Shown here piece by piece: positions 45,012 through 55,789 of a stretch of 64,000 nucleotides of DNA. Every line of letters begins with the position of its first letter. Within the stretch, counting starts at the first letter, position 1. This DNA comes from Methanobacteriota archaeon (GTDB taxonomy: Archaea; Thermoplasmatota; Thermoplasmata; SG8-5; DAIRED01). The notes below the pieces were generated by a model. It saw only the letters and a program-made list of their open reading frames with translations, did not search any database and was not told where the DNA came from. The translations under genes were made by a program, and so were the position numbers. The DNA lies in the NCBI GenBank assembly GCA_043799545.1, contig JAZDNO010000006.1:128001-192000 (forward strand). The letters run 5' to 3'.

Positions 45012-46997
45012 TTACTTCTGCCGTCCCGTCACGAGCGAGTCGACGACGCCCGGGTCCGCCAGCGTCGTGGTGTCTCCCAGGTCGACCTTGTCCGTCTGGC
45101 CGACTGCAATCTTCTTCAGAATGCGGCGCATGATTTTGCCGCTGCGGGTCTTGGGCAGGCCGTCCGCGAACTGGAGCTTCTCCGGCACCGCTATCGGTCC
45201 CATAGTCTTGCGCACGTGCAGGTTGAGCTCCTTCTTCAGCTCGTCGTTCTTCTCGACGCCGACCTTCAGGGTGACGTAGGCGTAGATGGCCTCGCCCTTG
45301 ATGTCGTGCGGCATCGGGACGACCGCGGCCTCGGCGACCTTCGGGTGGGAGACCAGCGCGCTCTCGACCTCGGCCGTTCCAATCCTGTGGCCCGAGACCT
45401 TGATGACGTCGTCGATGCGGCCCATTATCCAGAAGTAGCCGTCCTCGTCGCGCCTCGCGGAGTCGCCCGCGAGGTAGATGTGCTTGAACTTCGACCAGTA
45501 CGTTTCGCGGAACCTGTCCGGCTGTCCGTAGACGCCCCTCATCAGGCCGGGCCATGGCTTCATTATGCAGAGGTAGCCGCCCTCGTTCGGGTTCGCCTCG
45601 GTCCCGTCCTCGCGGATGATTTTAGCCTCGATTCCGGGGAAAGGCAGGGTGCAGGAGCCTGGCTTCGTGGCGATTGCGCCCGGAAGCGGCGTGATGCATA
45701 TTCCGCCTGTCTCGGTCTGCCACCACGTGTCCACAATCGGGCACTTCTCGTGGCCGATGTTCTTGTGGTACCACATCCACGCCTCGGGGTTGATGGGCTC
45801 TCCGACGGTTCCCAGAAGCCTGAGCGAGCTGAGGTCGTGCTTGGCGGGCCACTGCTCCCCCTCGCGCATGAGGGCGCGGATGGCCGTCGGCGCGGTGTAG
45901 ATGATGTTGCACTTGAACTTCTCGACGATGTGCCAGAAGCGGTCCGCGGCCGGGTAGGTCGGGACTCCCTCGAACATCACGGTGGTCGCTCCGGCGCTGA
46001 GCGGCCCGTACACGATGTACGAGTGGCCGGTGACCCAGCCAATGTCCGCCGTGCACCAGTAGGTGTCCTCTTCCTTGTTGTCGAAGATCCACTTGAACGT
46101 CGTGGTCACATAGAGCATGTAGCCTGCGGTGGTGTGCATGACGCCCTTCGGCTTTCCGGTGGAGCCGGATGTGTAGAGGAGGTAGAGCGGGTCCTCCGCG
46201 TCCATCTGCTCGCACTCGCACACAGTCGAGGCCTTGTCCATCTCCTCGTGGTACCACACGTCGCGTCCGGCCTTCATCTCGACCGGTATGGTCCCGAGGC
46301 GCTTGACTACGACGACCTTCTTTATCGACGGGCACTGGTCGGCCGCGGCGTCGGCGTTCTGCTTTCCGTTGATGGTCTTGCCGGAGCGGTAGTAACCGTC
46401 GGCGGTGATGAGGATGTTGCACTCGCTGTCCTGGATGCGGTCCCTGAGCGAGTCCGCGCTGAACCCGCCGAACACGATGGAGTGCATGGCGCCGATGTGG
46501 GCGCAGGCCAGCATTGCGATTGGCAGCTCCGGAATCATGGGCATGTAAATCGAGATGCGGTCGCCCTTCTTCGCGCCGAGGTTCTTCAGCACGTTGGCGA
46601 ACTTGCTGACCTCGTAGTGGAGCTGCTGGTACGTCAGGGTGCGGACCTCGTTCTCGGGCTCGCCCTGCCATATGATTGCCGCCTTGTTCTTCCTGTGTGT
46701 CTTGAGGTGCCTGTCGACGCAGTTGTAGGAGGCGTTGAGCTTGCCGCCCTTGAACCACGTGAACTTGGCGTTGTCCTTGTCGTGCCAGTCGAAGACCTTG
46801 TCCCACTTCTTCGAGAACCATTCCAACTCGTCCGAATGTTTCTCCCAGAATTTCACCGGGTCCTTTATGGACTCGGCGTAGATCTTCTTGTATTCCTTCA
46901 TGTCCTTAATGTGGGCCGCCTTGGAAAACTCCTTGGTCGGCTCGAACTTGCGCTTCTCGTCCATCATCGATGTGATGCCCTTTTCGTCTGTTGCCAT
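45012..46997 (-). CDS. acs: AMP-forming acetyl-CoA synthetase
   Basis: [56 protein letters not shown]. Confidence 0.97.
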   Translation of the reverse strand: MATDEKGITSMMDEKRKFEPTKEFSKAAHIKDMKEYKKIYAESIKDPVKFWEKHSDELEWFSKKWDKVFDWHDKDNAKFTWFKGGKLNASYNCVDRHLKTHRKNKAAIIWQGEPENEVRTLTYQQLHYEVSKFANVLKNLGAKKGDRISIYMPMIPELPIAMLACAHIGAMHSIVFGGFSADSLRDRIQDSECNILITADGYYRSGKTINGKQNADAAADQCPSIKKVVVVKRLGTIPVEMKAGRDVWYHEEMDKASTVCECEQMDAEDPLYLLYTSGSTGKPKGVMHTTAGYMLYVTTTFKWIFDNKEEDTYWCTADIGWVTGHSYIVYGPLSAGATTVMFEGVPTYPAADRFWHIVEKFKCNIIYTAPTAIRALMREGEQWPAKHDLSSLRLLGTVGEPINPEAWMWYHKNIGHEKCPIVDTWWQTETGGICITPLPGAIATKPGSCTLPFPGIEAKIIREDGTEANPNEGGYLCIMKPWPGLMRGVYGQPDRFRETYWSKFKHIYLAGDSARRDEDGYFWIMGRIDDVIKVSGHRIGTAEVESALVSHPKVAEAAVVPMPHDIKGEAIYAYVTLKVGVEKNDELKKELNLHVRKTMGPIAVPEKLQFADGLPKTRSGKIMRRILKKIAVGQTDKVDLGDTTTLADPGVVDSLVTGRQK

Positions 46998-47246
46998 GGT
47001 ATGTCCCCCCTTGTCCAGAAAAGAACAAGGTCGTTGGGCGACAAAATAGTAAGATGCTACTTAACCGTTTCTGTGCAATCATCACGGCCAAATGGCTAAA
47101 AGACACGATGAGCGCATCCAGTTTTATGAGATGTAAGCTTGGTTTCCGAAAAACTGAACCAAAGAGCGCCACGTTTCAATTACAGGCGCCCTCTCTCAGG
47201 AAGCCGCACGCTGCATCATGCTCGTGGGCTGCTCCAGCTGACCCAT

Positions 47247-49019
47247 CTACCAAAGGACGTGCCAGTATATTTGCGCGTAGACGAAGAAAGCCAACTCCCC
47301 CAGCACCACGAGCGCGAACGCGGCGTGCCTCGCGGCGTACCTCGACGTCAGCTGCGTCGGCGTCTCGCCGGCGTCAAGCACGTACGCCTTGGGGTTGCCC
47401 AGAGCCCAAACGTGGAACGTCTTGTCCCCGCCTTTCGAGGGATAGGCAATGTCCAGGTCGGTGATCGGGGAGAGGAGTAGCTCGTGTTTGTCTAAAACGA
47501 CCCTGCCCTTCGCCCTGCCCTTCCATTTATTGTACGAATTTCTCGTGCTATCGACAATGACCTTGATGAACGGCGTGGCAGCGGCGTCCTCGGACGGATA
47601 GGCAGGCGCGGGTTCGGAGCTGTCCAAGGAAGGCCCGGGTTGGAGCGTCCCGTCAATTTCGTCGAACCTGTCCGGATTAATATTTTGCTCCTCGGGTCCG
47701 TGGAGCTGGCGGAGCTTCTCGTGTTTGTATCGCCAGACCTTGCAAGTCAAATGACGTGTCTGCTTGTCGCCTAGGCAAAGCGTGCAGGTCATCTTGCCTG
47801 TGCCGTCGCATTTTTCGCATGGGAAATAGCCGCGGCCATCGCAAGGCTGGCAACGCGCCTTCCCTTTCCCGTCGCACTTTTCGCATTTAATAGCGTGCGG
47901 CGTTCCGAACGATGCGCCCGTTGTCAGCCATTTCCCGCCAGGCTGGCTCGAAGGTGTGGTAGTGTAATAACCGAATCCCCAGCACTTTTCGCATCGAGAG
48001 CGCCCCGTGCCTTGGCACACAGGGCACTGCTTTTTGGAGTCGCCCTTGCATTTGTCGCATGTAATATGCCCCGTCGCCTTGCATCTGCCGCAACCGTCTA
48101 TCTTCTCGCTAATCGGGAATGTCTGGACGTCGTCCTCCGAAGTGAACTTCGTTGGGACCACGGGCTTAGGATCCTCGTGAAGTTTGTATTTATCGCTGAT
48201 GCGCTGTTCATTGACCTCGGTGGAGAAATATTCGACTTCCTCGTCCCCCCTTAAATAGCCGCCGTAATGTTTGTTCACCTTCTCGACTTCGAACGATTTC
48301 AACAGCCTGTTCGTGATGAAGAGCTTCGACTCCTTATTTTCCCTGAGTCCTTCCTTGAAGCTCTTGAATATCTCGTCGCCTTCCGGGTGTTTCATGGGGT
48401 CGGCGCCGCAATCCGGGTCCTCGACCTTTTTATTGAATCCCTTGAGCTTGGCATTCTCAAACCTCTTTTTGGTGGCCGAGGTGGAGCTGTACCAGCCTCC
48501 CAGCGTCACGGGTACGACAATCAGGCAGGCCATGAGGAAGCCGTACTTTTTCAGCGCATCGATGGGGTCGAATCCGCTTCCGGGTTCGTCGCCGAGCGCG
48601 ATGTCCACGTATCCTGCCTCGGTCGGCCCCGTCTCTGCCTCGATAATCAGGTGCATCGGAGTGCCGTATGTGGGTGTGTAGGTCGTTCTGACCGTGCCCG
48701 TGGCATCCGTCGTGCCGAGGCTGGAGCCGAATTGGGCTAACGTCCACGAATCGGCGACTGGGCCGTAGGCACTGACATCATATATGCCGAAATAAACCGA
48801 GGCTCCCGCAACCGGATTGCCCGAAAGGTCTCTGACGACTACCGTCACATCCGTCGGCGTATCTTGGTAGAACTTGTTCGGCGTCACTTCTAGCACCAGC
48901 TCGGCCCCATACGCCTTCGCGTTGTCCGACCAGACGCACACGGCGATTCCACCGAGAAGCGCAGCCGCAAGCCACAAGCAAACTACGCCCCTGAGCAATC
49001 CACTTGGCCTGTTAAACAT
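47247..49019 (-). CDS. membrane protein with exported Ig-like domain and cytoplasmic DnaJ-type Zn-finger repeats
   Basis: Signal peptide, TM at about aa 160-178, eight CxxCxGxG-like motifs (CGRC, CDKC, CPVC, CEKC, CEKC, CQPC, CEKC, CTLC) and a C-terminal TM. Confidence 0.8.
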   Translation of the reverse strand: MFNRPSGLLRGVVCLWLAAALLGGIAVCVWSDNAKAYGAELVLEVTPNKFYQDTPTDVTVVVRDLSGNPVAGASVYFGIYDVSAYGPVADSWTLAQFGSSLGTTDATGTVRTTYTPTYGTPMHLIIEAETGPTEAGYVDIALGDEPGSGFDPIDALKKYGFLMACLIVVPVTLGGWYSSTSATKKRFENAKLKGFNKKVEDPDCGADPMKHPEGDEIFKSFKEGLRENKESKLFITNRLLKSFEVEKVNKHYGGYLRGDEEVEYFSTEVNEQRISDKYKLHEDPKPVVPTKFTSEDDVQTFPISEKIDGCGRCKATGHITCDKCKGDSKKQCPVCQGTGRSRCEKCWGFGYYTTTPSSQPGGKWLTTGASFGTPHAIKCEKCDGKGKARCQPCDGRGYFPCEKCDGTGKMTCTLCLGDKQTRHLTCKVWRYKHEKLRQLHGPEEQNINPDRFDEIDGTLQPGPSLDSSEPAPAYPSEDAAATPFIKVIVDSTRNSYNKWKGRAKGRVVLDKHELLLSPITDLDIAYPSKGGDKTFHVWALGNPKAYVLDAGETPTQLTSRYAARHAAFALVVLGELAFFVYAQIYWHVLW

Positions 49020-49158
49020 GGCAATCTTTCCTCCGCCTTTGACCCGGATGGTGAATATTCGTCGAACGTAATAATATTTGCTTTTCGGTCAAGCGCTCTT
49101 TCATTTTCGGCAACCCCGGGCAAACCTTATTACCGCAAGCGCCGTACGCAAGTGGCTT

Positions 49159-52100
49159 ATGTCCAAGCACGCAGGCTCTGCAAAGATACTCTCGGGGATG
49201 GAACCCGAGGTCGGCGAGTGGTTCACTTCCAAGTTCGGCAAGATGACAGAGCCCCAGGAGCGCGCCATCCCGCTCATCCGCGACGGGAAGAACGTCCTCA
49301 TCTCGTCGCCGACCGGTTCCGGGAAAACTCTAACTGCTTTCCTGGCGATACTGAATGAGCTTCTCGCGCTGGAGAAGCGCGGCGAGCTTGAGAAGCGCAT
49401 CTACTGCGTCTACGTCTCGCCTCTGAAGGCGCTGGCGAACGACATAGAGAAGAATTTGCTGTCTCCCCTTTCCGAGATTTCTGTCATCGCGGAAAACGAG
49501 CCTGGCATCAGGGTCGCCGTGCGCTCCGGAGACACGAGCAATTCGGACCGCCAGAAGATGCTCAGGAAACCCCCGCACATCCTCATCACAACGCCCGAGA
49601 GCCTTGGGATAATCCTCTCCGCGCCCAAGTTCAGGGAGCTTCTGGTAGGGGTGCGGTGGGCGATAGTGGACGAGATACACGAGATATGCTCGTCGAAGCG
49701 AGGAGTACAACTCGCACTCAACCTGGAGCGCCTCAGGGAACTTGCCGGCGTCAACTTCGTCCGAGTCGGGCTCTCGGCGACACAAGCCCCCATAGAGGAA
49801 ATCGGGCTCTTCCTCGGCGGTCACGAAGGCGGCCATCCGCGCCCGATGCAAATCATCGAGGCCAAGATGGGGAAGGACCTGGACGTCAGGGTCATGGCCC
49901 CGACGGACAGGATGAACGAGCTGCCTGTGGACGTTGTTAATGCAGCACTCTACGAGCGCCTGGAGGGGATGATTCGCTCCCACACGACGACGATAGTCTT
50001 CACCAACACACGCAGCGGGACGGAGCGCGTGGCCCTCAAGTTGAAGGAGATGGGAATCGAGAGCATGGCGGCGCACCACGGCTCGCTGAGCAAGGAGACG
50101 CGGCTTGAGGTCGAGGGGCAGTTGAGGGGCGGCCAGCTCCAGGCCGTCGTCACTTCGACCTCGCTGGAGTTGGGGATTGACATCGGAAGCGTGGACTTGG
50201 TGGCGCAGATTGGCTCTCCTAAATCCATCTCGAAAGGGTTGCAGCGCGTTGGGCGCTCGGGCCACGGCGTCGGCCGCACGAGCAAGGGCCGTCTAATCGC
50301 CTTCGACAACGACGACCTCATCGAATGCGCCGTGCTAGTGAAGAACGCCAAGCTCGGTCACATCGACCGCGTTTCCATTCCGCGCAACTGCCTCGACGTG
50401 CTCTCCCAGGCGCTCGTAGGGATGAGCCTGGAGCGGGTCTGGAAGACGGACGACGCATACGAGATCGTTCGAAGGGCGCACCCGTATCGCGAGCTGACCC
50501 GCGACGACTTCGACTCGGTGATGCGCTACCTCGGAGGCCAGGAGATGGAGGACATCTATTCCAAGCTCTGGCACGACCCGGACAAGGGGGAGTTCGGCCG
50601 CAAGAAGGGCGGTCGTATGATTTACTACCTCAACTCCGGGACGATTCCGGACGAGGCTGACTACCAGGTCTTCAGCGACAAGGGGCGCCACCTTGGCAAG
50701 CTCTCCGAGAAGTTCGTGGAGCGCCTGAACAGTAGAGACGTGTTCGTGCTTGGCGGGCGCACGTACGAATACATGCGCGCCAGAGGGACGAAGGTCTTCG
50801 TCAAGGACGCGACTGGCCGAAGGCCAACGGTGCCTTCGTGGACCGGAGAGATGCTGCCGCGGAGCTTCGACCTCTCGATGCAGGTCGGCGCGTTCAGGGG
50901 CGAGCTGGACAGGGCGCTGCGCGATGGCTCGCGCGAAGAGGTCATCGAGTGGCTGGAAAAGGACTACTTCCTGGACGCTGACGCCGCCGGGGACATCGCG
51001 GCCTACGCCTCCGAGCAGATGGCGATGGCAGGATTCCTGCCGTCTGACAGGACGCTCTGCGTCGAGGCATACTCTGATGACAAGGGCCAGCACCACGCTA
51101 TTTTCCACTTCCCCTTCGGCAGGAGAGTGAATGATGCTTTGGCCAGGGGATACGCCTCGGCGCTTTCGAAGAAGCTCAAGGCGAACGTCAAGGTCTCCGT
51201 CATAGACGACGCGTTCATTGTGACCGCCGCGAAGCAGTTCGACATCCGCGCCCTGCCTGGGATTGTGAAAACCAAGGACTTCGAGTCCGACCTTCGCTCG
51301 GCCATCATGGGCACGGAGCTATACAAGCAGCGCTTCCGCCACGTCGCCGGGCGCAGCTTCCTGGTGCTGAGGAACTACATGGGCCGCGAAATCTCGGTGT
51401 CCAGGCAGCAGATGCGCTCCCAGAGGATACTGGAGGCGCTCGCGGACCATCCCGAGTTTCCGGTGGTCAAGGAGACGCTGTCGGAGATTTTCAACGAGGT
51501 GCTCGACGTTCCCCATGCCCTGAAGGTGATGGGCTGGATTGAGTCGGGAGATGTCGAGATACGGCACATCAAATCCGAGGAGGCTCCGACCCCCTTCGCG
51601 TACAACGTACTGGTCTCGGACATGGCCGACATCGTGCTCCTGGAGGACAAGGCCGCGCTGCTCCGGGAGATGCACAGCAAGGTCCTGAAGCGCATCCTGG
51701 GCGACGGGATGGAGCCGCTCTTCACGCCAGAGGCTGCGGAGAAGCATTTCCGCGAAAAGTTCCCCGCGGTGGCGAGCAAGGCGGACGTGCCCGCACTGAT
51801 GAAGGCATCTGGACCCCTGAGGCTTTTCACAACGCGTGGCCGCAACATCTACGAGTGGAGCGGCGTTCCGCCCGAGGAGCTGAACGCCTGGTGCGAGGAG
51901 CTGATAGCCGAAGGCGACCTCGTCTCCGCAAGGGCCAGAGAAGTGGTCTGGGCCGTGCCCGAGGACGTGCCGAAGCTGGCGGCCCTTTTCGCAGACGCTG
52001 CGAAGACAAAGGCGAAGGAGAAAGAGCTCCTCTCTCTGCTGGCCGACGGCAAGGTGCACGTCAGCGCAGAGCTGGAGAAGGCTCTCAAGCTGGACAGAAA

Positions 52101-54555
52101 GAAACTCAAGGACGTCGCGACCGAGCTGGAACGGAAGTACCTGATTTCGCGCGCCGACGGGAGCGGAAAATCGTATCGCCGCCTCGAAGTGAAAACGGTG
52201 GACCGCGCCGCATCGATGCGCGACCTCGCCATCCGCATCCTCGGCTCTTCGGGGCCGATGCTGGCGGAGGAGCTGGCTCTCGAACTGGGGGCGGGCGTCT
52301 CCGAGACGAAGAACCTTCTGGGCTTGCTGGACGAGGAGGGGCTGCTGTTCTCCGGCGGAATCACATACCTGGAGACGCAGTTCGCGCTCAAGGCGGACGT
52401 CGAGGCGCTGCGCGGCGCTGACGGAGACAGGGGCATAGGCGTCGAGGACGTGTACGGCCTTCTGCTGGACAAGCAGTTTAAGAAATATCCGTCCGTGGCC
52501 AGCTATTTCGAGGCGAATCCGGATGTCGGGCTGTCGATGGACCTCGCCTGGCGCGTGGACAATTACAACCCCGCCCATCTTGACGCGATGTGGGCGTCCG
52601 GAGATGTCGTGGTCGGCCGCTTCGTTGGGGGGCGGGTCCGCTACGTGGCAAAGCGCGATGCCGAGCTTCTGCATTCCTTCAGGGGCCCGGGCAGGCTTTC
52701 TGAAAGGGAGAAAACCATCCTGGAGCTTATAGAGAAGCACCCTGGCATCGGAATCGAGGACGTGGTGAAGAAGACGGGGCTCGACAAGGAGGTCGCGAGG
52801 GAAGCCGTCTACATGCTCGACAGGGGGCTTTTCGTCTCCCGCGCGGTCGGCTCCAGCGCTGGCCGGAACCACTATGTGAGATACGCGCCCGAGACAATCG
52901 ATGAGAACCCCCTGCCGTCTTTGATCGAGCGCTACGTGCGCTCCTTCGGGCCCGCGACCGTCAGGCAGCTGGAGCGGCTGCTCCGGGCGGAGAGGATTTC
53001 CTTGGATGCGACGCTGAGCGCGCTCGTCGCGAGCGGCAAGGTCCGCTCCTTCGCGGTATCGGGTGAGAAGGAGTTGTATTACGTCGCGGAAGAGGACTTC
53101 GAGAGCCTTGGCAAGCTCAAGCCAGACGACGAGGTCCGGGTTCTCTCGATACTCGATCCATTCACGCTGCACTTTTCAAGGGAGATAGAGGCCAGGTGGG
53201 GCGAGGGCTGGTATTATCCCATATTCAAGGGAACGCGGCCGTGCGGAATCGTGGAGCTTTGGGAGATGAGCGGGCGGGTGGAGGTGCGCAACGTCGAGCT
53301 CGAGCCTCCTGTCACGATGGCCGAGGTGCTGGCGGCCTTGGAAAAAATCTCAACGTACTTCGACGCCATGCACATGGACACGATGACTGTCGCAGGCGCG
53401 CAAGGGAAGCTCGTCGTTGACATGACGGAAAAGGAAACGCAACCGTTTCTGGATGCAGGTTTCGCCAAAGCGCAGAGCTGGCTGGCAAAAGGCATCGACA
53501 CAGAGCGCGTGCTGACGCTGGACGAGTTCGTCTCGTTCCTGCTATGGCGCCAGGGGCTCGCCCCCCAGACCAGGTTCTCCAGCATCGGAGAGCTGGACGA
53601 AACTTTGGTCGGGCTGCGCTCGGAGGACGAGGCCATGGCGAGGCTCTCTTCTCCGCCGCGCGGGCTCTCTTTCAAGACGGTGAACGGTCTCAACCTCGGT
53701 TTTGGAATACCTAACGTCATGATGTGGCTAACGGAGGAATCGGCGCGCAGGTACAGGGACGCGCTGCAGGAGCCAGAGACGCCGGCCGAGCGAACGGTCA
53801 TTCGGGCGCTGCGTCGGTCCGGCGGGATGGGCCGGAAGGCGCTGGTGGAAGGATTGATGGGCGGCGCCAGCGGGCGGGAAGCCTTGAACAGGATGTTCCG
53901 CAAGTGCATGGTGATGCGCAACAGCTTCGGCCGCTACGTCGCAGTCCCGGGGCTGCCCGGTGACCGCGCCGAGGCGAGGAAGTGGCTCGTCGAGCGCATG
54001 GTCCGTAACTTCGTGGTTGCCTGCCCCGAGTCGATTTCAGTGTACACAGGCAGCGAAATCGGGGCTCCGGAGGCGCGGGGTCACCTTCACACGCTGCGCA
54101 GCGAGGGGAAGCTCGCTAAGGGATTCCTCCTCGGGGAGGACAGCGCGTCTCCATGGATGCCCAACTCCATTCCGTACTGGATGCCCGCCGAGTTCGCCTC
54201 GAAGCCGGTGCCGGGGGTTGAAGGGGATATGCTCATCGGGCCGGGCTGGAAGGACCGCGTCTCGCATTACCTCCGGCCGTGGGTGCAGCAGAAGCTCGGA
54301 CTCGGAAGTGCATACCTGGTGTTCACCGGCGGTCGGCTCGTGGGGGGTTTCGTCGGGCGCAAAGTGGGCGGCGGTGTGCGCGTGAAGAAGTTTTCCGGCA
54401 ATGAGGAAGCCTGGCAGGTCGCGCGCAGGCAGGCGGCGATGCAGGGGCAGCGTCTCACCATGGCTGTAGAAGATGAGGCGGAGGAAGAGCGAGACGACGA
54501 CAGCATAGACGAGTGGGCCAAGAAATTAATGCTGACGACGGTGAGAAAGAAATGA
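49159..54555 (+). CDS. lhr: Lhr-family SF2 helicase with very long C-terminal winged-helix extension (about 1798 aa)
   Basis: SPTGSGKT, SPLKALAND, ITTPESL, DEIH, GLSAT, HHGSLS, QRVGRSGH, YYLNSGTIPD, FHFPFGRRVN. Likely ATG at 49159. Confidence 0.92.
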   Translation: MSKHAGSAKILSGMEPEVGEWFTSKFGKMTEPQERAIPLIRDGKNVLISSPTGSGKTLTAFLAILNELLALEKRGELEKRIYCVYVSPLKALANDIEKNLLSPLSEISVIAENEPGIRVAVRSGDTSNSDRQKMLRKPPHILITTPESLGIILSAPKFRELLVGVRWAIVDEIHEICSSKRGVQLALNLERLRELAGVNFVRVGLSATQAPIEEIGLFLGGHEGGHPRPMQIIEAKMGKDLDVRVMAPTDRMNELPVDVVNAALYERLEGMIRSHTTTIVFTNTRSGTERVALKLKEMGIESMAAHHGSLSKETRLEVEGQLRGGQLQAVVTSTSLELGIDIGSVDLVAQIGSPKSISKGLQRVGRSGHGVGRTSKGRLIAFDNDDLIECAVLVKNAKLGHIDRVSIPRNCLDVLSQALVGMSLERVWKTDDAYEIVRRAHPYRELTRDDFDSVMRYLGGQEMEDIYSKLWHDPDKGEFGRKKGGRMIYYLNSGTIPDEADYQVFSDKGRHLGKLSEKFVERLNSRDVFVLGGRTYEYMRARGTKVFVKDATGRRPTVPSWTGEMLPRSFDLSMQVGAFRGELDRALRDGSREEVIEWLEKDYFLDADAAGDIAAYASEQMAMAGFLPSDRTLCVEAYSDDKGQHHAIFHFPFGRRVNDALARGYASALSKKLKANVKVSVIDDAFIVTAAKQFDIRALPGIVKTKDFESDLRSAIMGTELYKQRFRHVAGRSFLVLRNYMGREISVSRQQMRSQRILEALADHPEFPVVKETLSEIFNEVLDVPHALKVMGWIESGDVEIRHIKSEEAPTPFAYNVLVSDMADIVLLEDKAALLREMHSKVLKRILGDGMEPLFTPEAAEKHFREKFPAVASKADVPALMKASGPLRLFTTRGRNIYEWSGVPPEELNAWCEELIAEGDLVSARAREVVWAVPEDVPKLAALFADAAKTKAKEKELLSLLADGKVHVSAELEKALKLDRKKLKDVATELERKYLISRADGSGKSYRRLEVKTVDRAASMRDLAIRILGSSGPMLAEELALELGAGVSETKNLLGLLDEEGLLFSGGITYLETQFALKADVEALRGADGDRGIGVEDVYGLLLDKQFKKYPSVASYFEANPDVGLSMDLAWRVDNYNPAHLDAMWASGDVVVGRFVGGRVRYVAKRDAELLHSFRGPGRLSEREKTILELIEKHPGIGIEDVVKKTGLDKEVAREAVYMLDRGLFVSRAVGSSAGRNHYVRYAPETIDENPLPSLIERYVRSFGPATVRQLERLLRAERISLDATLSALVASGKVRSFAVSGEKELYYVAEEDFESLGKLKPDDEVRVLSILDPFTLHFSREIEARWGEGWYYPIFKGTRPCGIVELWEMSGRVEVRNVELEPPVTMAEVLAALEKISTYFDAMHMDTMTVAGAQGKLVVDMTEKETQPFLDAGFAKAQSWLAKGIDTERVLTLDEFVSFLLWRQGLAPQTRFSSIGELDETLVGLRSEDEAMARLSSPPRGLSFKTVNGLNLGFGIPNVMMWLTEESARRYRDALQEPETPAERTVIRALRRSGGMGRKALVEGLMGGASGREALNRMFRKCMVMRNSFGRYVAVPGLPGDRAEARKWLVERMVRNFVVACPESISVYTGSEIGAPEARGHLHTLRSEGKLAKGFLLGEDSASPWMPNSIPYWMPAEFASKPVPGVEGDMLIGPGWKDRVSHYLRPWVQQKLGLGSAYLVFTGGRLVGGFVGRKVGGGVRVKKFSGNEEAWQVARRQAAMQGQRLTMAVEDEAEEERDDDSIDEWAKKLMLTTVRKK

Positions 54556-54710
54556 ATATGTATGCGCGCGCGCATAATTAGATAATACATAGACCGGAGG
54601 TTGATTAACAATCGTGTTTTAGACATTACATGTAGTCTGAGCCCGAAATATCCCTCCCCCGCAATCCGTGCTCCGTAACCGGCATAAGGCCGGGACAGAA
54701 GGCATGAAAA

Positions 54711-55709
54711 ATGCAGAACGAAAACAAGGACGGGGGCGCGGCGACCGTCGAGATGAACGCTGCGAAAGCGAACGCAAACGGGGCAACAGCTCCGACCGGA
54801 ATATCCGTTCCGGCAGGGAACTCGACCCAAAACGGTGCGAGTCAGACCCAATCCACTAGCCTCCAGACCGTAGTGGTCTCGGGGGAGTGCACCGGGTACT
54901 TCCGCTACGGCGATGTCGAGCGCGAGTTCAGCGGCAACCACGTCGTTTTGGTCAGGACCAACGGCGGGATAATCATCCACAGCGCGCAGAAGGGCATCAA
55001 GCCGGTCTGCTACATAGAGGAAGGGGCGGACATCGCCCTCGCCCGCAATATGGCGGACGCCGAGGTGGAAATTTCCGCAATCGCCGAGGATGGACGCGAG
55101 ATTCTCGTGACCTTCAGCAAGGTGCGCTCCATAAGCGGCCTCGCAGCGACGGGCGGACCCGAGAGCGTGGACCGCGCCATCCTGATGTGCGTGCAGAACG
55201 CCAACGGGATGTACGGACGCCACACGGTGTCCAGGATACTCACGGGCTCGGCCTCGAAGAAGGTTTTGACGCTCAAGCTGAGCACGCTGGCGCTCTACGG
55301 CGCACTGGCGGACGTCCCGTTCAAGGACGTGCTGGACTCCGTGGACTCGCTCATCGAGCAGGGCCTCATCGAAATCCGCGAGAGGGAGGAATTCAAAGTC
55401 CTCTGGCTCACGGAGAGCGGCGAGAAAGCCCTCGCTGATGCAGAGACTCCGGCGGAGCCTGAGCAGTCGGCGAACGCGGAGCTGCTCCAAGCGTTGAAGG
55501 ACTGGCGCCGCGACGTCGCAAAAGCTCGGCACGTTCCGAGCTTCATGGTCTTGCAGAACAGGACTCTAGCTGACATCGCTGCAAGGAAGCCGACGACCGC
55601 CGAAGACCTTTCGAAGGTCTACGGCATCGGGCGCACGCGCCTGGCAAACTACGGCCCGGAACTGCTGGACATGGTCAGGCAGCACGCAGGGGCAAATCCG
55701 GCCGCGTGA
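54711..55709 (+). CDS. NucS/EndoMS-N-terminal-like PH domain + RQC winged helix + HRDC protein
   Basis: N-part VSGECTGYF...G.HVVLVRTNGGIIIH (NucS N-domain-like). RQC AILMCV...GMYGR..V.RILTGS...YGAL. HRDC LKDWRR.VA....VP.FMV...TL.DIA...P.T..DL..V.GIG......YG. Confidence 0.78.
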   Translation: MQNENKDGGAATVEMNAAKANANGATAPTGISVPAGNSTQNGASQTQSTSLQTVVVSGECTGYFRYGDVEREFSGNHVVLVRTNGGIIIHSAQKGIKPVCYIEEGADIALARNMADAEVEISAIAEDGREILVTFSKVRSISGLAATGGPESVDRAILMCVQNANGMYGRHTVSRILTGSASKKVLTLKLSTLALYGALADVPFKDVLDSVDSLIEQGLIEIREREEFKVLWLTESGEKALADAETPAEPEQSANAELLQALKDWRRDVAKARHVPSFMVLQNRTLADIAARKPTTAEDLSKVYGIGRTRLANYGPELLDMVRQHAGANPAA

Positions 55710-55789
55710 AAACGCTCGGAATTCGCAAATCCTACCGCGCCTTTCCGGCGCGGGAACAAAACCTTTAATCCACCTTTTCCATCCCTCCA

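Noticed and set aside
44802-47099. 765-aa + strand ORF
   Set aside because: Antisense shadow of acs caused by GC-rich codon bias; no motifs.
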